Part shown: positions 1 through 9,922 of the stretch, one piece after another
How the letters are laid out: every line of letters starts with the position of its first letter
How positions within the stretch are numbered: position 1 is the first letter of the stretch
NCBI GenBank assembly: GCA_016192455.1
Contig: JACPUC010000019.1
Location: 1 to 64,000, forward strand
Direction of reading: 5' to 3'
Source of the DNA: Candidatus Tectimicrobiota bacterium
GTDB lineage: Bacteria; JACPUC01
DNA: 64,000 nt
Notes under the pieces: model-generated
Told to the model about the DNA's origin: nothing
What the model saw: only the letters and a program-made list of their open reading frames with translations
The model's database searches: none
Translations under genes and position numbers: made by a program

Positions 1-468
1 CAGGGTTGGTGGTGCGGAACTTGCGTGGCATAACACCCCCACCAGCAAACAGCGGAACAGGGCCGGCCCCCCGCCGGTTGCGAACACCTCACAGTCTACC
101 AAAAACTAGACGCCTGCGGGGGTTTCTCCGACAGGCTCCTAGCGGGCGGAGAGCAACTCGTGAGGAAGTCGCCGGGAGGGTGAGCAGGTGAGGGGCTGAG
201 CCTGTGGTTCGACCAGCGGCGCCCCCGCCCAAGGCGTAGCGGCGGGAAGATGTTCGAACCTTTGGTGAGCTGCGGCGGAGAACCCGGCACGCCGCTCCCA
301 GGCAGCCGCGAGCCGCCGCCTTCGGGCAGCCTGGAAGATTCCCAGGGAAGGGGGTCTGCCCCCGCGCCACATGCCTGCCGCAAGGCGCAGACCGTGCCCC
401 CTCCCGAGCCGCGAGACAGAGCATGCCGCAGGGTTCCCCCTCCGCGCCCAACCACCTCCTGTCGCTCT

Positions 469-1857
469 TCAGCTCGCGGCTCTGGTTAACTCGATTTTCT
501 TCATCTTCTCCACGAGTGTGGTGCGATTCAGTTGCAGCAGCTTCGCAGCCTTGTTCTTCACCCAGTTGCTGCGCCGCAGCGCTTGCAGAATAAGCTCACG
601 TTCGAAATCGTTCACGGCCCTTTTCAGGTCGATGCCGGCCTCTGGAATCTCCAGGCGGCCGAGAGACGAGCCCCCGGCATCCTTACTCCGCAGGTTCTCC
701 GGCAAGTCCTCCAGGCCGATGGTGTCCTTCACCTTCAGGATGACCATGCGCTCGATCATGTTCTCGAGCTCGCGAACGTTCCCAGGCCAAGGGTAACGTT
801 GCAGCCACTCCATGACGCCGGGATCGAGACCCACGACCTCGCGCTGCTTCTCTTTCTTGAATCGGGCCAGGAAGTGCTCCACCAGCAAGGGGATGTCGCT
901 GCAGCGCTCCCGCAGGGGCGGCAGGTGGATCGGAATGACATTGAGCCGATAGTAGAGGTCCTCGCGGAAGGTCCTCTTGGCAACCACCTCTTCGAGGTTC
1001 TGATGCGTGGCGGCAATTACTCGCACACTGACCTTCACGGTCTTCGTGCTGCCGATCGGCTCGAACTCCTGCTCCTGCAAGACACGCAGGAGCTTCACCT
1101 GCAGGTTCGGGCTCATATCGCCGATCTCATCGAGGAAGATGGTGCCGCCGCTGGCGAGCTCGAAGCGCCCGATGCGCGTGTTCAGGGCGCCCGTGAAGGA
1201 GCCCTTGACATGCCCGAACAGCTCGCTCTCCAACAGATCCTCGGGGATGGCGCCGCAGTTCACCGGCACGAGCGGTCGATCCTGCCGCCGGCTGTTGTAG
1301 TGCAGGGCCCTGGCAACCAGCTCCTTCCCCGTGCCGCTCTCGCCCAGGATCAAGACCGTGCTGTCAGTATCAGCGACCTTCTCGATCATGCGGTAGACGC
1401 GCTGCATGTTCTCGCTGTCGCCGATAAGGTTGTCGAACCGGTACTTCTGCCTGAGCTGTCGCTTCAGGTGCTGGTTCTCCCCCTTCAAGCGGCGGAATTC
1501 CAGCGCCTTGCGGACGACGATGCGAATCTCGTCGAGGTGGAACGGCTTGCTGATGTAATCCGCCGCGCCGGCCTTCATCGCTTGCACCGCCGACTCAATG
1601 GTGCCGAAGGCGGTGAAGACCACTCCGACCGCCTCCGAGTTGGTGCGTTGAATCGCCTTCAGCACCTCAATCCCCGTGGCCTTCGGCATCTTGAGGTCCG
1701 TCAGCACCACGTCGAAGGTGTCGGCCTCGATCTGCTTGATCGCCTCCTCGCCATCCTTGGCGGTGGTAACCTGGTAGCCCTCGAGTTGCAGGGCTTCGGC
1801 CAGGAACTCACGGTTTCCCTCTTCATCATCAGCGATCAGCAAACGGCCTGACGGCAT
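469..1857 (-). CDS. Sigma-54-dependent response regulator (REC + AAA+ + Fis-type HTH)
   Basis: Receiver domain (LLIADD, DLKMP, KPF), Walker A GESGTGKE, GSFTGA loop, RFELA/FLDEIG, WPGNVRELEN, C-terminal HTH. ATG at 1857 follows a GGGAG RBS. Confidence 0.95.
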   Translation of the reverse strand: MPSGRLLIADDEEGNREFLAEALQLEGYQVTTAKDGEEAIKQIEADTFDVVLTDLKMPKATGIEVLKAIQRTNSEAVGVVFTAFGTIESAVQAMKAGAADYISKPFHLDEIRIVVRKALEFRRLKGENQHLKRQLRQKYRFDNLIGDSENMQRVYRMIEKVADTDSTVLILGESGTGKELVARALHYNSRRQDRPLVPVNCGAIPEDLLESELFGHVKGSFTGALNTRIGRFELASGGTIFLDEIGDMSPNLQVKLLRVLQEQEFEPIGSTKTVKVSVRVIAATHQNLEEVVAKRTFREDLYYRLNVIPIHLPPLRERCSDIPLLVEHFLARFKKEKQREVVGLDPGVMEWLQRYPWPGNVRELENMIERMVILKVKDTIGLEDLPENLRSKDAGGSSLGRLEIPEAGIDLKRAVNDFERELILQALRRSNWVKNKAAKLLQLNRTTLVEKMKKIELTRAAS

Positions 1858-2286
1858 AACGCGTCTCCCTTTCTCCACAGCCATGGAGCTTGCCCAACAA
1901 GAAGCGGAAGCCGACGAACCGCGCAACGCGCCCAGGCCAGGGAGCGCGCGGCGGCGCTGCGTTCTCCAGGCGGCGCTGGCCGGCGCTTTCCGCACCCTCA
2001 TTGCTCGGCCAACCACGAAATGCCGCAGCGTCACGCGTCACGCCAAACTCCGCGGCCCTGCTCTTCCACCGGCTGCCGGCGCCACGGGGCCGGCCTCTCT
2101 TCGAAGCACCCAGTCCAGACTGGGGCGCAGCCTACCCCCCTTCCCCGCCACCCCGCAGGGTAGAATCCCACTGAGCGTCAAACTTGACAAAATGGCTGAC
2201 AATTTTTAAGTATACAGCGCCAATCTTTCCGACACAAGAAGGAAAGCGTCAAAATTTCAACTTCCCGCAAAGAGTCCTCAACTCCA

Positions 2287-3039
2287 GTGGCCACCTCTCC
2301 CACTCCCGGCGCCAACCCAGAGGCGACACCCCCCCGGCCGACCGGTTCCCGGCGCCGAGCCGTGGCGCATCGCTGGCGGGTTGGCCCCGCCGCGGCGCGC
2401 AGGATTCAGGAGCGTCTGCGCTCGGCCGTGCGCCTGGAGCTCCTCGCCTGGCCGCCTCGAACCGTTGCGGGTACCGACGTGGCCTACGACAAGGGGGAGC
2501 AGCGGGCTGTTGCCGGGGTGGTGCTCCTCTCCTTTCCGGAGCTGAAACTCCTCGAGGAGCACTGGGCCGGCGTGCCGTGCGACTTCCCCTACGTGCCGGG
2601 GCTGCTCAGCTTCCGCGAGGCGCCGGCCCTGCTGGCGGCGCTGCGCAAGCTCCGCACTCTCCCCGACGTGATCATGGTGGATGGTCAGGGTCTGGCGCAT
2701 CCGCGGCGCTTTGGGCTCGCCTCGCACCTCGGCGTCCTGCTCGACCTCCCCACCCTCGGCTGCGCGAAGTCGCGCCTAATCGGACAGGCCGACGAGCCGG
2801 GCGGCGAGCGCGGCTGCACTGCCGATCTCATCGACGACGGGGAGGTCATTGGGGCGGTGCTGCGGACGCGCCCGCAGGTCGCCCCGATCTTTGTCTCCGT
2901 AGGCCTCCGCATGCTCCTCGCTGACGCCGTCTCGTTAGCCCTGGCGTGCTCGCCCCGCTTCCGCGTCCCCGAGCCGACCCGCCTGGCCGACCAACTCGTC
3001 AGCCGCCGCCGCAGGCAGATGGAAGGCAACAGGTGCTGA
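2287..3039 (+). CDS. nfi: Endonuclease V
   Basis: AGTDVAY, FPYVPGLLSFRE, MVDGQGLAHPRRFGLASHLG, GCAKSRL, PEPTRLAD motifs. Start uncertain. Confidence 0.93.
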   Translation: MATSPTPGANPEATPPRPTGSRRRAVAHRWRVGPAAARRIQERLRSAVRLELLAWPPRTVAGTDVAYDKGEQRAVAGVVLLSFPELKLLEEHWAGVPCDFPYVPGLLSFREAPALLAALRKLRTLPDVIMVDGQGLAHPRRFGLASHLGVLLDLPTLGCAKSRLIGQADEPGGERGCTADLIDDGEVIGAVLRTRPQVAPIFVSVGLRMLLADAVSLALACSPRFRVPEPTRLADQLVSRRRRQMEGNRC

Positions 3040-3333
3040 GCAAGCAGGCGCCGCGCGCTCCGCGCGCCATGCAACGCCCTCTCGCGCACTCCCCTCGACC
3101 CCTGAAGCCTCCCAGCGCGCACCCGCCGTTGCAGTGCCGAGGCAAAAAGCCTCTCGCAGGCGTCCTCCCTTCTGCTAGACTGGTAGACTGGAGCGGTGCG
3201 AAGCCCCGGTGAAGGCCAGGCACCGATCCGAGGAGGGACCTGCTCTCGCACCTACCCCTCTCACTCGACGCCAGGATGTCCCTCGCCTCTCCACTTCACC
3301 CTTTCACCCCCGTGAACGCTCGAAGGAGGAGCG

Positions 3334-4692
3334 ATGAACGCTGCTGAAGAGGCCTACCGTCGCCCCCGTCAAGAATCCGCTCTCCTCTACGAGCGCGCCC
3401 GGCGGGTCATCCCCGGCGGCGTCTCGCACACGGTGCGCTACTATCCCCCCTACCCCGCCTTCATGGAGCGCGCCCAAGGGGGACGCATCTGGGATGTCGA
3501 TGGGAACAGCTACCTCGATCTCTGGCTGGGCCACTACACCCACATCCTCGGGCACGCGCCGGACTGCATCCTCGAACCGCTGCGGCAGGCTCTGGGGCGT
3601 GGTCTCAACTGGGGACATGCGAACGAGCACGCCGTGGAGCTGGCCGAGCTGATTTGCGAGCTGGTGCCGAGCGCGCGGATGGCGCGCTTCTGCTGCTCCG
3701 GCACCGAGGCGACGATGTTCGCGGCGCGCCTGGCGCGCGGCTTCACGCGGCGCCGCATGATTCTCAAGGTGCGCGGCTCCTGGCACGGGCCGAGCAGCGA
3801 CCTCGCCGTGGCCATCACCTTCCCCTTCGAAGAGCCGGAATCGACGGGCATCCCGCCGGAGACCCAGCAGTTCACCGCCACGCTGCCGTTCAATGAGACG
3901 GAAGAGACGCTGAAGATCATCGACCGCCACGCGGCGGACCTGGCGGCGGTGATCCTCGACCCCATCGTCGGAGCCAGCGGCTTTCTCCCCCCCCAGCGCG
4001 GCTACCTCGAGGCGGTGCGCCAGGCCACCCAGGCCTGCGGCGCGCTCCTCATCTTCGACGAGATCATCACCGGTTTCCGCGTCGGGCTTGGCGGCGCCCA
4101 GGGGGTGTTCGGCGTTCTCCCTGACCTGACCACCCTAGGCAAGATCGCCGGCGGCGGCATGCCCATCGGCGTGGTGTGCGGTCGCGCCGACATCATGGAG
4201 GCGAGCACGCCGATCCTGCAGGCCCGCAAGCAGACCCCCCTCCTCATTGGCGGCGGCACCTTTTCCTCCAACCACCTGTCGATGCTGAGCGGCCTGGCGA
4301 TGCTGCGCCACCTGCGGCGGCACGCCGACACCTTCTACCCCCGCCTCGCCGCAGCCGGGGAGCGCCTGCGGCGCGGCATCGAGTGGGCCATGGCGGAATC
4401 GGGCATCGTGGCGCAGTGCACGGGTTACGGCTCCCTGGTCGGCGTCAACTTCCCCAGGGTCTACGACGTGACGCTCGACACCCCCTGGAAGGTGCACGCC
4501 ATGACCTCCAACGCCGCTTACGGGGATGAGCTGAGGCTGCGCCTCATGGAGCACGGCGTCTTCGCCGTGCACGGCGGCGGCGCCCTCTGCACCGAGCACG
4601 GCGACAGCGACCTCGAGGCCATCATCGAGGCCTACCGCCTAGCTGGCCGGGAGATGGTCGAGGCGGGGCTGAGCGTGGCGCGGCCGCGGTAG
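3334..4692 (+). CDS. Class III PLP aminotransferase, glutamate-1-semialdehyde aminomutase-like
   Basis: IPGGVSH, WDVDGNSYLD, SGTEAT, LIFDEIITGFR, LGKIAGGGMP. GGAGG RBS. Several HemL-signature residues differ. Confidence 0.85.
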   Translation: MNAAEEAYRRPRQESALLYERARRVIPGGVSHTVRYYPPYPAFMERAQGGRIWDVDGNSYLDLWLGHYTHILGHAPDCILEPLRQALGRGLNWGHANEHAVELAELICELVPSARMARFCCSGTEATMFAARLARGFTRRRMILKVRGSWHGPSSDLAVAITFPFEEPESTGIPPETQQFTATLPFNETEETLKIIDRHAADLAAVILDPIVGASGFLPPQRGYLEAVRQATQACGALLIFDEIITGFRVGLGGAQGVFGVLPDLTTLGKIAGGGMPIGVVCGRADIMEASTPILQARKQTPLLIGGGTFSSNHLSMLSGLAMLRHLRRHADTFYPRLAAAGERLRRGIEWAMAESGIVAQCTGYGSLVGVNFPRVYDVTLDTPWKVHAMTSNAAYGDELRLRLMEHGVFAVHGGGALCTEHGDSDLEAIIEAYRLAGREMVEAGLSVARPR

Positions 4693-4724
4693 GAGACTGA
4701 GGCATTTCTTGCCTGACGTGAGTT

Positions 4725-4784
4725 TGCGAGGGAACCATGTCCCCTCGCGCACCCCTTTTACGCGAGCTGCTGCGCAGCTCGCGG
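4725..4784. repeat. Dispersed double-hairpin intergenic repeat
   Basis: TGCGAGGGA..CCCCTCGCGCACCCCTTTTACGCGAGCTGC..GCAGCTCGCGG recurs at 25012-25071, partially at 53028-53058, and as a variant at 34026-34085. Confidence 0.8.
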
Positions 4785-4868
4785 GGGTGGCGGCCTGCCA
4801 ATGACAAACCCCGCCTCGTGTGAAGCAGGGTTCGTCGTTCTCATCGCTGCGCGGCGCAGGCAGCGCGA

Positions 4869-6041
4869 CTACGTGAACGCCGGGATGCCGGTGATGTCCT
4901 GCCCGAGGATGAGGGTGTGCATGTCGTAGGTGCCCTCGTAGGTGTTGACCGACTCGAGGTTGCACATGTGGCGCATCACCGGGTACTCGTCGAGGATGCC
5001 GTTCGCCCCCAGGAGGTCCCGCGCGTTGCGCGCGATGTCGAGGGCCATCTGCACGTTGTTCATCTTGGCCAGGGAGATTTGCTGGTGGCGGAGCTTGCCC
5101 TCGTCCTTCAGGCGGCCCAAGCGCCAGCAGACGAGCTGGGCCTTGGTGATCTCGATCAGCATGTGCGCCAGTTTGCGCTGCACGAGCTGGAAGGAGGCGA
5201 TGGGGCGGTCGAACTGGATGCGCGACTTGGCGTAGTTGACCGCCGTCTCGTAGCAGCTCATGGCGGCGCCGACGGCGCCCCAGGCGATGCCGTAGCGGGC
5301 TTGGTTCAGGCACATGAAGGCGCCGCGCAGCCCCGGCGTCTTGGGCAGACGGGCGCCGGCGGGGAGGCGCACGTCCTCGAGCACCAGCTCGCTGGTGATG
5401 GAGGCGCGCAGCGACCATTTCCCCTTCATCTGCGGCGTCGAGAACCCTTTCGTCCCCTTCTCGACGAGGAAGCCGCCGTAGCTGTTCTCTTCGTCGATGC
5501 GCGCCCAGACGAGCGTCACATCGGCGATGCTGGCATTGGTGATCCACATCTTCGTGCCGTTGAGGATGTAGTCATCCCGGTCGCGCACCGCCTTCGTCAA
5601 CATGCCGGCGGGGTTGGAGCCGAAATCCGGCTCGGTCAGCCCGAAGGCGCCGATGGCTTCGCCGGCGGTCATCTTCGGCAGCCAGCGTTCCTTCTGCTCG
5701 TCGCTGCCGAAGGTGTGGATGGGGTACATGACCAAGCCGCCCTGCACCGAGCAGAAGCTGCGCAGGCCGCTGTCGCCGCGCTCCAGCTCCTGCATGATGA
5801 GGCCGTAGGCGACATTGTTCAGCCCGGCGCAGCCATAGCCTTGCAGGTGCGCCCCGAACAGCCCCAGCTCGCCGATCTTTGGGATCAACCCCATCGGGAA
5901 CGTCTGAGCCTGGGCGTGAGCGTCGATGATCGGGACTACTTCCTTCTCGACGAATTCCCGCACGGTGTCTCGGATCATCAGCTCCTCTTCGCTGAAGAGA
6001 TCCGAAACGTTGTAGAAATCCACTCCTTTGAAGCTCGCCAT
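4869..6041 (-). CDS. Acyl-CoA dehydrogenase, glutaryl-CoA dehydrogenase-like
   Basis: ELERGDSGLRSFCSVQ, FGLTEPDFGS, GTKMWITN, NLESVNTYEGT motifs typical of the GcdH group. Confidence 0.9.
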   Translation of the reverse strand: MASFKGVDFYNVSDLFSEEELMIRDTVREFVEKEVVPIIDAHAQAQTFPMGLIPKIGELGLFGAHLQGYGCAGLNNVAYGLIMQELERGDSGLRSFCSVQGGLVMYPIHTFGSDEQKERWLPKMTAGEAIGAFGLTEPDFGSNPAGMLTKAVRDRDDYILNGTKMWITNASIADVTLVWARIDEENSYGGFLVEKGTKGFSTPQMKGKWSLRASITSELVLEDVRLPAGARLPKTPGLRGAFMCLNQARYGIAWGAVGAAMSCYETAVNYAKSRIQFDRPIASFQLVQRKLAHMLIEITKAQLVCWRLGRLKDEGKLRHQQISLAKMNNVQMALDIARNARDLLGANGILDEYPVMRHMCNLESVNTYEGTYDMHTLILGQDITGIPAFT

Positions 6042-6145
6042 ACGCGGTCCCTTTCTCGAATATCACGCTCCATGGTCATCGGCGGCACTACTTCCCTCTC
6101 CCCACCTCTCCCCGTGGGATCGGCCGCGCGCGCCCCCTTCTCTGC

Positions 6146-7126
6146 TCAGAGCGGCCGCTGCAGCGCCCGCGCCACCTGCTTGGAGTAGTAGGTCAGGATC
6201 ATATCGGCGCCGGCGCGCTTGATGCTCAGCAGCGCCTCCCACATGACGCGCTCGCCGTCCAGCCAGCCGAGCCGCGCCCCCGCCTGCAGCATGGCGAACT
6301 CGCCGCTGACGTTGTACGCCGCCAAGGGCCGATTGAAGCGCTGCTTGACGCGGTAGATGATGTCGAGGAACGGCAAGGCGGGTTTCACCATGACGATGTC
6401 GGCGCCTTCGGCGATATCCAGCTCCACCTCGCGCAGCGCCTCCTCGGCGTTGCCGGGGTCCATCTGGTAGGCGCGGCGGTCGCCGAACTGCGGCGTCGAG
6501 TCGGCGGCCTCGCGGAAGGGGCCGTAGAAGCTGGAGGCGTACTTGGCGGCGTAGGCCATGATCGGCGTGTCGCTGAAGCCGTGCTCGTCGAGCCGCGTGC
6601 GGATGGCGCCGACGCGGCCGTCCATCATGTCGGAGGGGGCCACCATGTCGGCTCCCGCCTGGACGTGCGACAGGGCGGCGCGCGCCAGCAGCTCGAGCGA
6701 CGGGTCGTTGAGCACCCGCTCGCCCTCGACGACGCCGCAGTGGCCGTGGCTGGTGTACTCGCAGAGGCAGACATCGGTGATGACGACGAGCGCCGGGAAG
6801 CGGTTCTTCACCGCCGCCACGGCGCGCTGAATGATGCCGTGCTCGGCGTAGGCTTCCGAACCCACCTCGTCCTTGTGCTGCGGGATGCCGAAGAACATGA
6901 CCGCGGGGATGCCGAGATCGCTCACGTCCTTCAGCTCTTCGAGGAGGCGGTCGATCGAGAAGCGGTAGTTCCCCGGCATCGAGGAGATCTCCCGCTTCAG
7001 GTTCTCGCCTTCCTCGACGAAGAGCGGCAGGATGAGGTCATCGATCGCCAGGCTGGTTTCGCGCACCATGCGCCGCAGCGCGTCACTCTGCCGCAAACGA
7101 CGCGGACGATACGTCGGAAAGTGCAT
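6146..7126 (-). CDS. hemB: Porphobilinogen synthase
   Basis: [20 protein letters not shown] (Zn site), [23 protein letters not shown]. Confidence 0.98.
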   Translation of the reverse strand: MHFPTYRPRRLRQSDALRRMVRETSLAIDDLILPLFVEEGENLKREISSMPGNYRFSIDRLLEELKDVSDLGIPAVMFFGIPQHKDEVGSEAYAEHGIIQRAVAAVKNRFPALVVITDVCLCEYTSHGHCGVVEGERVLNDPSLELLARAALSHVQAGADMVAPSDMMDGRVGAIRTRLDEHGFSDTPIMAYAAKYASSFYGPFREAADSTPQFGDRRAYQMDPGNAEEALREVELDIAEGADIVMVKPALPFLDIIYRVKQRFNRPLAAYNVSGEFAMLQAGARLGWLDGERVMWEALLSIKRAGADMILTYYSKQVARALQRPL

Positions 7127-7204
7127 GGGACGCTCCTTTGCCCCACAGGGGATGTGCTGCGACGTTCCGCCCGGCGATCAGCGGCCCGCCCTGCGGCCCG
7201 CTGC

Positions 7205-8848
7205 TCATGGCGCGGCCTGCCGCCGCTCCTGAAAGTATTCTAGCAACTTCCGCGTCAGCCCCTCAATCGTGTACTCGTCGGCGGTGACGGTGGGCGTAAG
7301 CCCGTGCTCGCGCAGCGTGTCAGAGGTGACCGGCCCGATACTGGCGAGGACGATCCCGTGCAGCAGCTCAGCCGCCCGATCCTGGGGGAGCACGCTGAAG
7401 AAGTTGGTCACCGTCGAGGAGCTGGTGAAGGTGATGGCGGCGACGCGCCGCTGCTCCAGGTGCTCGAGCATGGCCGCATGGGCCGGGGTGGCCGCCGGCA
7501 GGACGGTGCGATAGGCCGGCACCACGTCGATCACCGCCCCCCGCTCGCGCAGCATCTCCGGCAACACCTCCCGCGCCACCAGCGCGCGCGGCAGCAGGAA
7601 GCGCAGGCCGGCGACTTCGCCGCCGGCGCGCTCGAGGAGGGCCGCGAGCACCCCCTCGGCGCGGTACTCCGCCGGCATGAGATCAACGCGCAGGCGCAGG
7701 CGCTCGATCTCGGCGGCCGTCTTCGGCCCGATGGCGCACAACTTGGCCTGGCCGATGGCCCGCAGGTCCAGCCCGACCTCCCAGAGGCGCTGGGCAAAGA
7801 AGCGCACGCCGTGCACGCTGGTGAAGAGGAGCCAGTCGTATTCGCCCAGGCGCCGGAGAGCCGCATCGAGCGACGCGTAGTCATCGAGGGGCCGCGGCTC
7901 GATCACCGGGCAGGGTATGACCTCGGCGCCGGCGCGCTCGAGGAGGGCCGCGAAGGTCGCCGCCGCCCCCGCCGGGCGCGTCACCACGATGCGCTTGCCG
8001 AAGAGGGGCTTGGCTTCAAACCAGGCGAGGGCTGGACGCAGACGCGCCGCCCCGCCGAGGAACAGCACCACGGGGGCGGCCTCGCCACTCCCCTGGCGCG
8101 GCTCCAGCTTGTTGACGATGGTGACGAGGGGCCCTCGCAGGGTACGCTGCCGCGGGGTCGTCGGCTCCAGGACGAGGGCCGCTTCGGTCTCCGGAGCATA
8201 CCCCATGCCCAGGAGCTGCGCGACCACGGCCGGCACCTCGCCCCATGGCATGGTCATCGCCAGCGCCGCCCCGGGACCGGCCAGATGGCGCCTGCCACCG
8301 GCCGGTGTGGCGGCATCGTCCGGCGCGCCGCCGACGAGCGCCCACGCCTGCTCTGTCTGGCGGCCCATGGGAAACATCGCGGCGTAGGCCGTCGCCGCGG
8401 CGATCGTCCCCACCCCCGGCACGAGTTCAAAGGCCACCCCGGCAGCCGCCAGCGCTTCGCCGAGGTCGCCCGCGCAAGCGTGCCGCGCCCCCTCGAGGCA
8501 GGCATCGCCGGCAACCAGGCGCACCACCACCCGCCCTTCGCCAGCCCTCCTGATCACGTGCCCGGCGAGCTCGTCCGCCGCCTCGGCAGCGCCCTGCCCT
8601 CCCGGTACCATGCGGAGTTCCACGGTTTCTCGGGCCAGTCCCAGGACAGCGCGACTCACCCCCTCATCATAGACGACGACATGCGCCTCGTGCAGGCATT
8701 GCGCCCCCTTCAGGGTGAGGAGGCCACGGTCGCCCGGTCCCGCGCCGACGAGGTAGACGACGCCCGCGGAGCCGCCACGTTCTGCCACCGCCCGCCCCGT
8801 CGATTCACTCGCCGCCACGCCTTCCCCCCTGCCATCCTTGCGCATCAC
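7205..8848 (-). CDS. hemD: Fused uroporphyrinogen-III methyltransferase-like domain / uroporphyrinogen-III synthase
   Basis: N-terminal VYLVGAGPGD; C-terminal HemD (PLFGKRIVVTR, FTSVHGV, AIGPKT, FTSSSTV). Lies between hemC and hemB. Methyltransferase half looks degenerate. Confidence 0.9.
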   Translation of the reverse strand: MMRKDGRGEGVAASESTGRAVAERGGSAGVVYLVGAGPGDRGLLTLKGAQCLHEAHVVVYDEGVSRAVLGLARETVELRMVPGGQGAAEAADELAGHVIRRAGEGRVVVRLVAGDACLEGARHACAGDLGEALAAAGVAFELVPGVGTIAAATAYAAMFPMGRQTEQAWALVGGAPDDAATPAGGRRHLAGPGAALAMTMPWGEVPAVVAQLLGMGYAPETEAALVLEPTTPRQRTLRGPLVTIVNKLEPRQGSGEAAPVVLFLGGAARLRPALAWFEAKPLFGKRIVVTRPAGAAATFAALLERAGAEVIPCPVIEPRPLDDYASLDAALRRLGEYDWLLFTSVHGVRFFAQRLWEVGLDLRAIGQAKLCAIGPKTAAEIERLRLRVDLMPAEYRAEGVLAALLERAGGEVAGLRFLLPRALVAREVLPEMLRERGAVIDVVPAYRTVLPAATPAHAAMLEHLEQRRVAAITFTSSSTVTNFFSVLPQDRAAELLHGIVLASIGPVTSDTLREHGLTPTVTADEYTIEGLTRKLLEYFQERRQAAP

Positions 8849-9846
8849 CGCTGCGCGGCCTGGGCCGCGGCCAGGATCTCCGCCAACAGCTCGCGGCCAC
8901 CCATGGCCAAAATCTGCTCACCCACACGAGCGCCCAGCTCTTCCGCCTCATCGAGAGCGGCAACGCCCTCCGCCGCGAGGATCGGCGCCCCTTCCAGCGC
9001 GGCCAGGAGAGCCCGCAGGCGCAACTTCCTACCCTCCACCACGGCGTAGCCGGCGATGGGCACTTGGCAACTGCCGCTGAGGCGCCGCAGGAGGGCGCGT
9101 TCGGCGCGCACCGCAGAGGCCGTCTCGGCGTCATGGAGGACGCGCACCGCCTGCTGCGTCGGTGCGTCCTCCTCGCGCACCTCGATCCCCAAGGCGCCCT
9201 GGCCGATGGCCGGCAGGCTCAGGCTCGGGTCAAGGTAGGCGGTGATGGCCTCCCTCCAGCCCAGCCGGTGCAGGCCCGCCGCGGCGAGGATGACGGCATC
9301 GACCTCGCCGGCGCGCAGCTTGCGGAGCCGGGTGTCGAGGTTGCCGCGCAGCGGTGCTACGGTCAGATCTGGCCGGCCCGCCAGCACCTGGGCGCGTCGG
9401 CGCAGGCTGCTCGTGCCAAGCCGCGCCCCTTCCCTGAGAACCTCAAACGAGATGGCGGTGAGCGTACGGCTGGGGGAATCTCCCAGCGCCGCAGCGCCGT
9501 CGTTCTCTCTCCCGCCTGGGAGGAGCAGGGCGTCGCGCGGGTCCTCGCGGCGGGTCACGGCGCCCAGCGCCAGCCCCGGCGCCAGCTCCGCCGGCACATC
9601 CTTCATGCTGTGGACCGCCAGGTCGATGCGCCCCTCCCGCAGCGCTTCCTCAATCTCCTTGACGAACAGTCCCTTGCCGCCGATTTTCGACAGCGGCACG
9701 TCGGTGAAGCGGTCGCCGGAGGTCTTGATGATCAGGAGCTCGACGCGCAGGTCGGGGTGGGCCTTCCGGAGGGCAGCCGCCACCCCCTGCGCCTGGCAGA
9801 GGGCAAGCTGACTGCCGCGGCTGCCGAGGGTGATCGTTCGTTCCAT
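8845..9846 (-). CDS. hemC: Hydroxymethylbilane synthase
   Basis: GSRGSQLA, GGKGLFVKE, AVHSMKDVP, GTSSLRR, RGNLDTRL, GSCQVP. Confidence 0.97.
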   Translation of the reverse strand: MERTITLGSRGSQLALCQAQGVAAALRKAHPDLRVELLIIKTSGDRFTDVPLSKIGGKGLFVKEIEEALREGRIDLAVHSMKDVPAELAPGLALGAVTRREDPRDALLLPGGRENDGAAALGDSPSRTLTAISFEVLREGARLGTSSLRRRAQVLAGRPDLTVAPLRGNLDTRLRKLRAGEVDAVILAAAGLHRLGWREAITAYLDPSLSLPAIGQGALGIEVREEDAPTQQAVRVLHDAETASAVRAERALLRRLSGSCQVPIAGYAVVEGRKLRLRALLAALEGAPILAAEGVAALDEAEELGARVGEQILAMGGRELLAEILAAAQAAQR

Positions 9847-9922
9847 GAGGGGTCCTGAGGATGAGGGACGGATGAAGACGGTCGGAGGCGGGCCAGCCGT
9901 GGGATCGGCACTCCCCCGCGGC

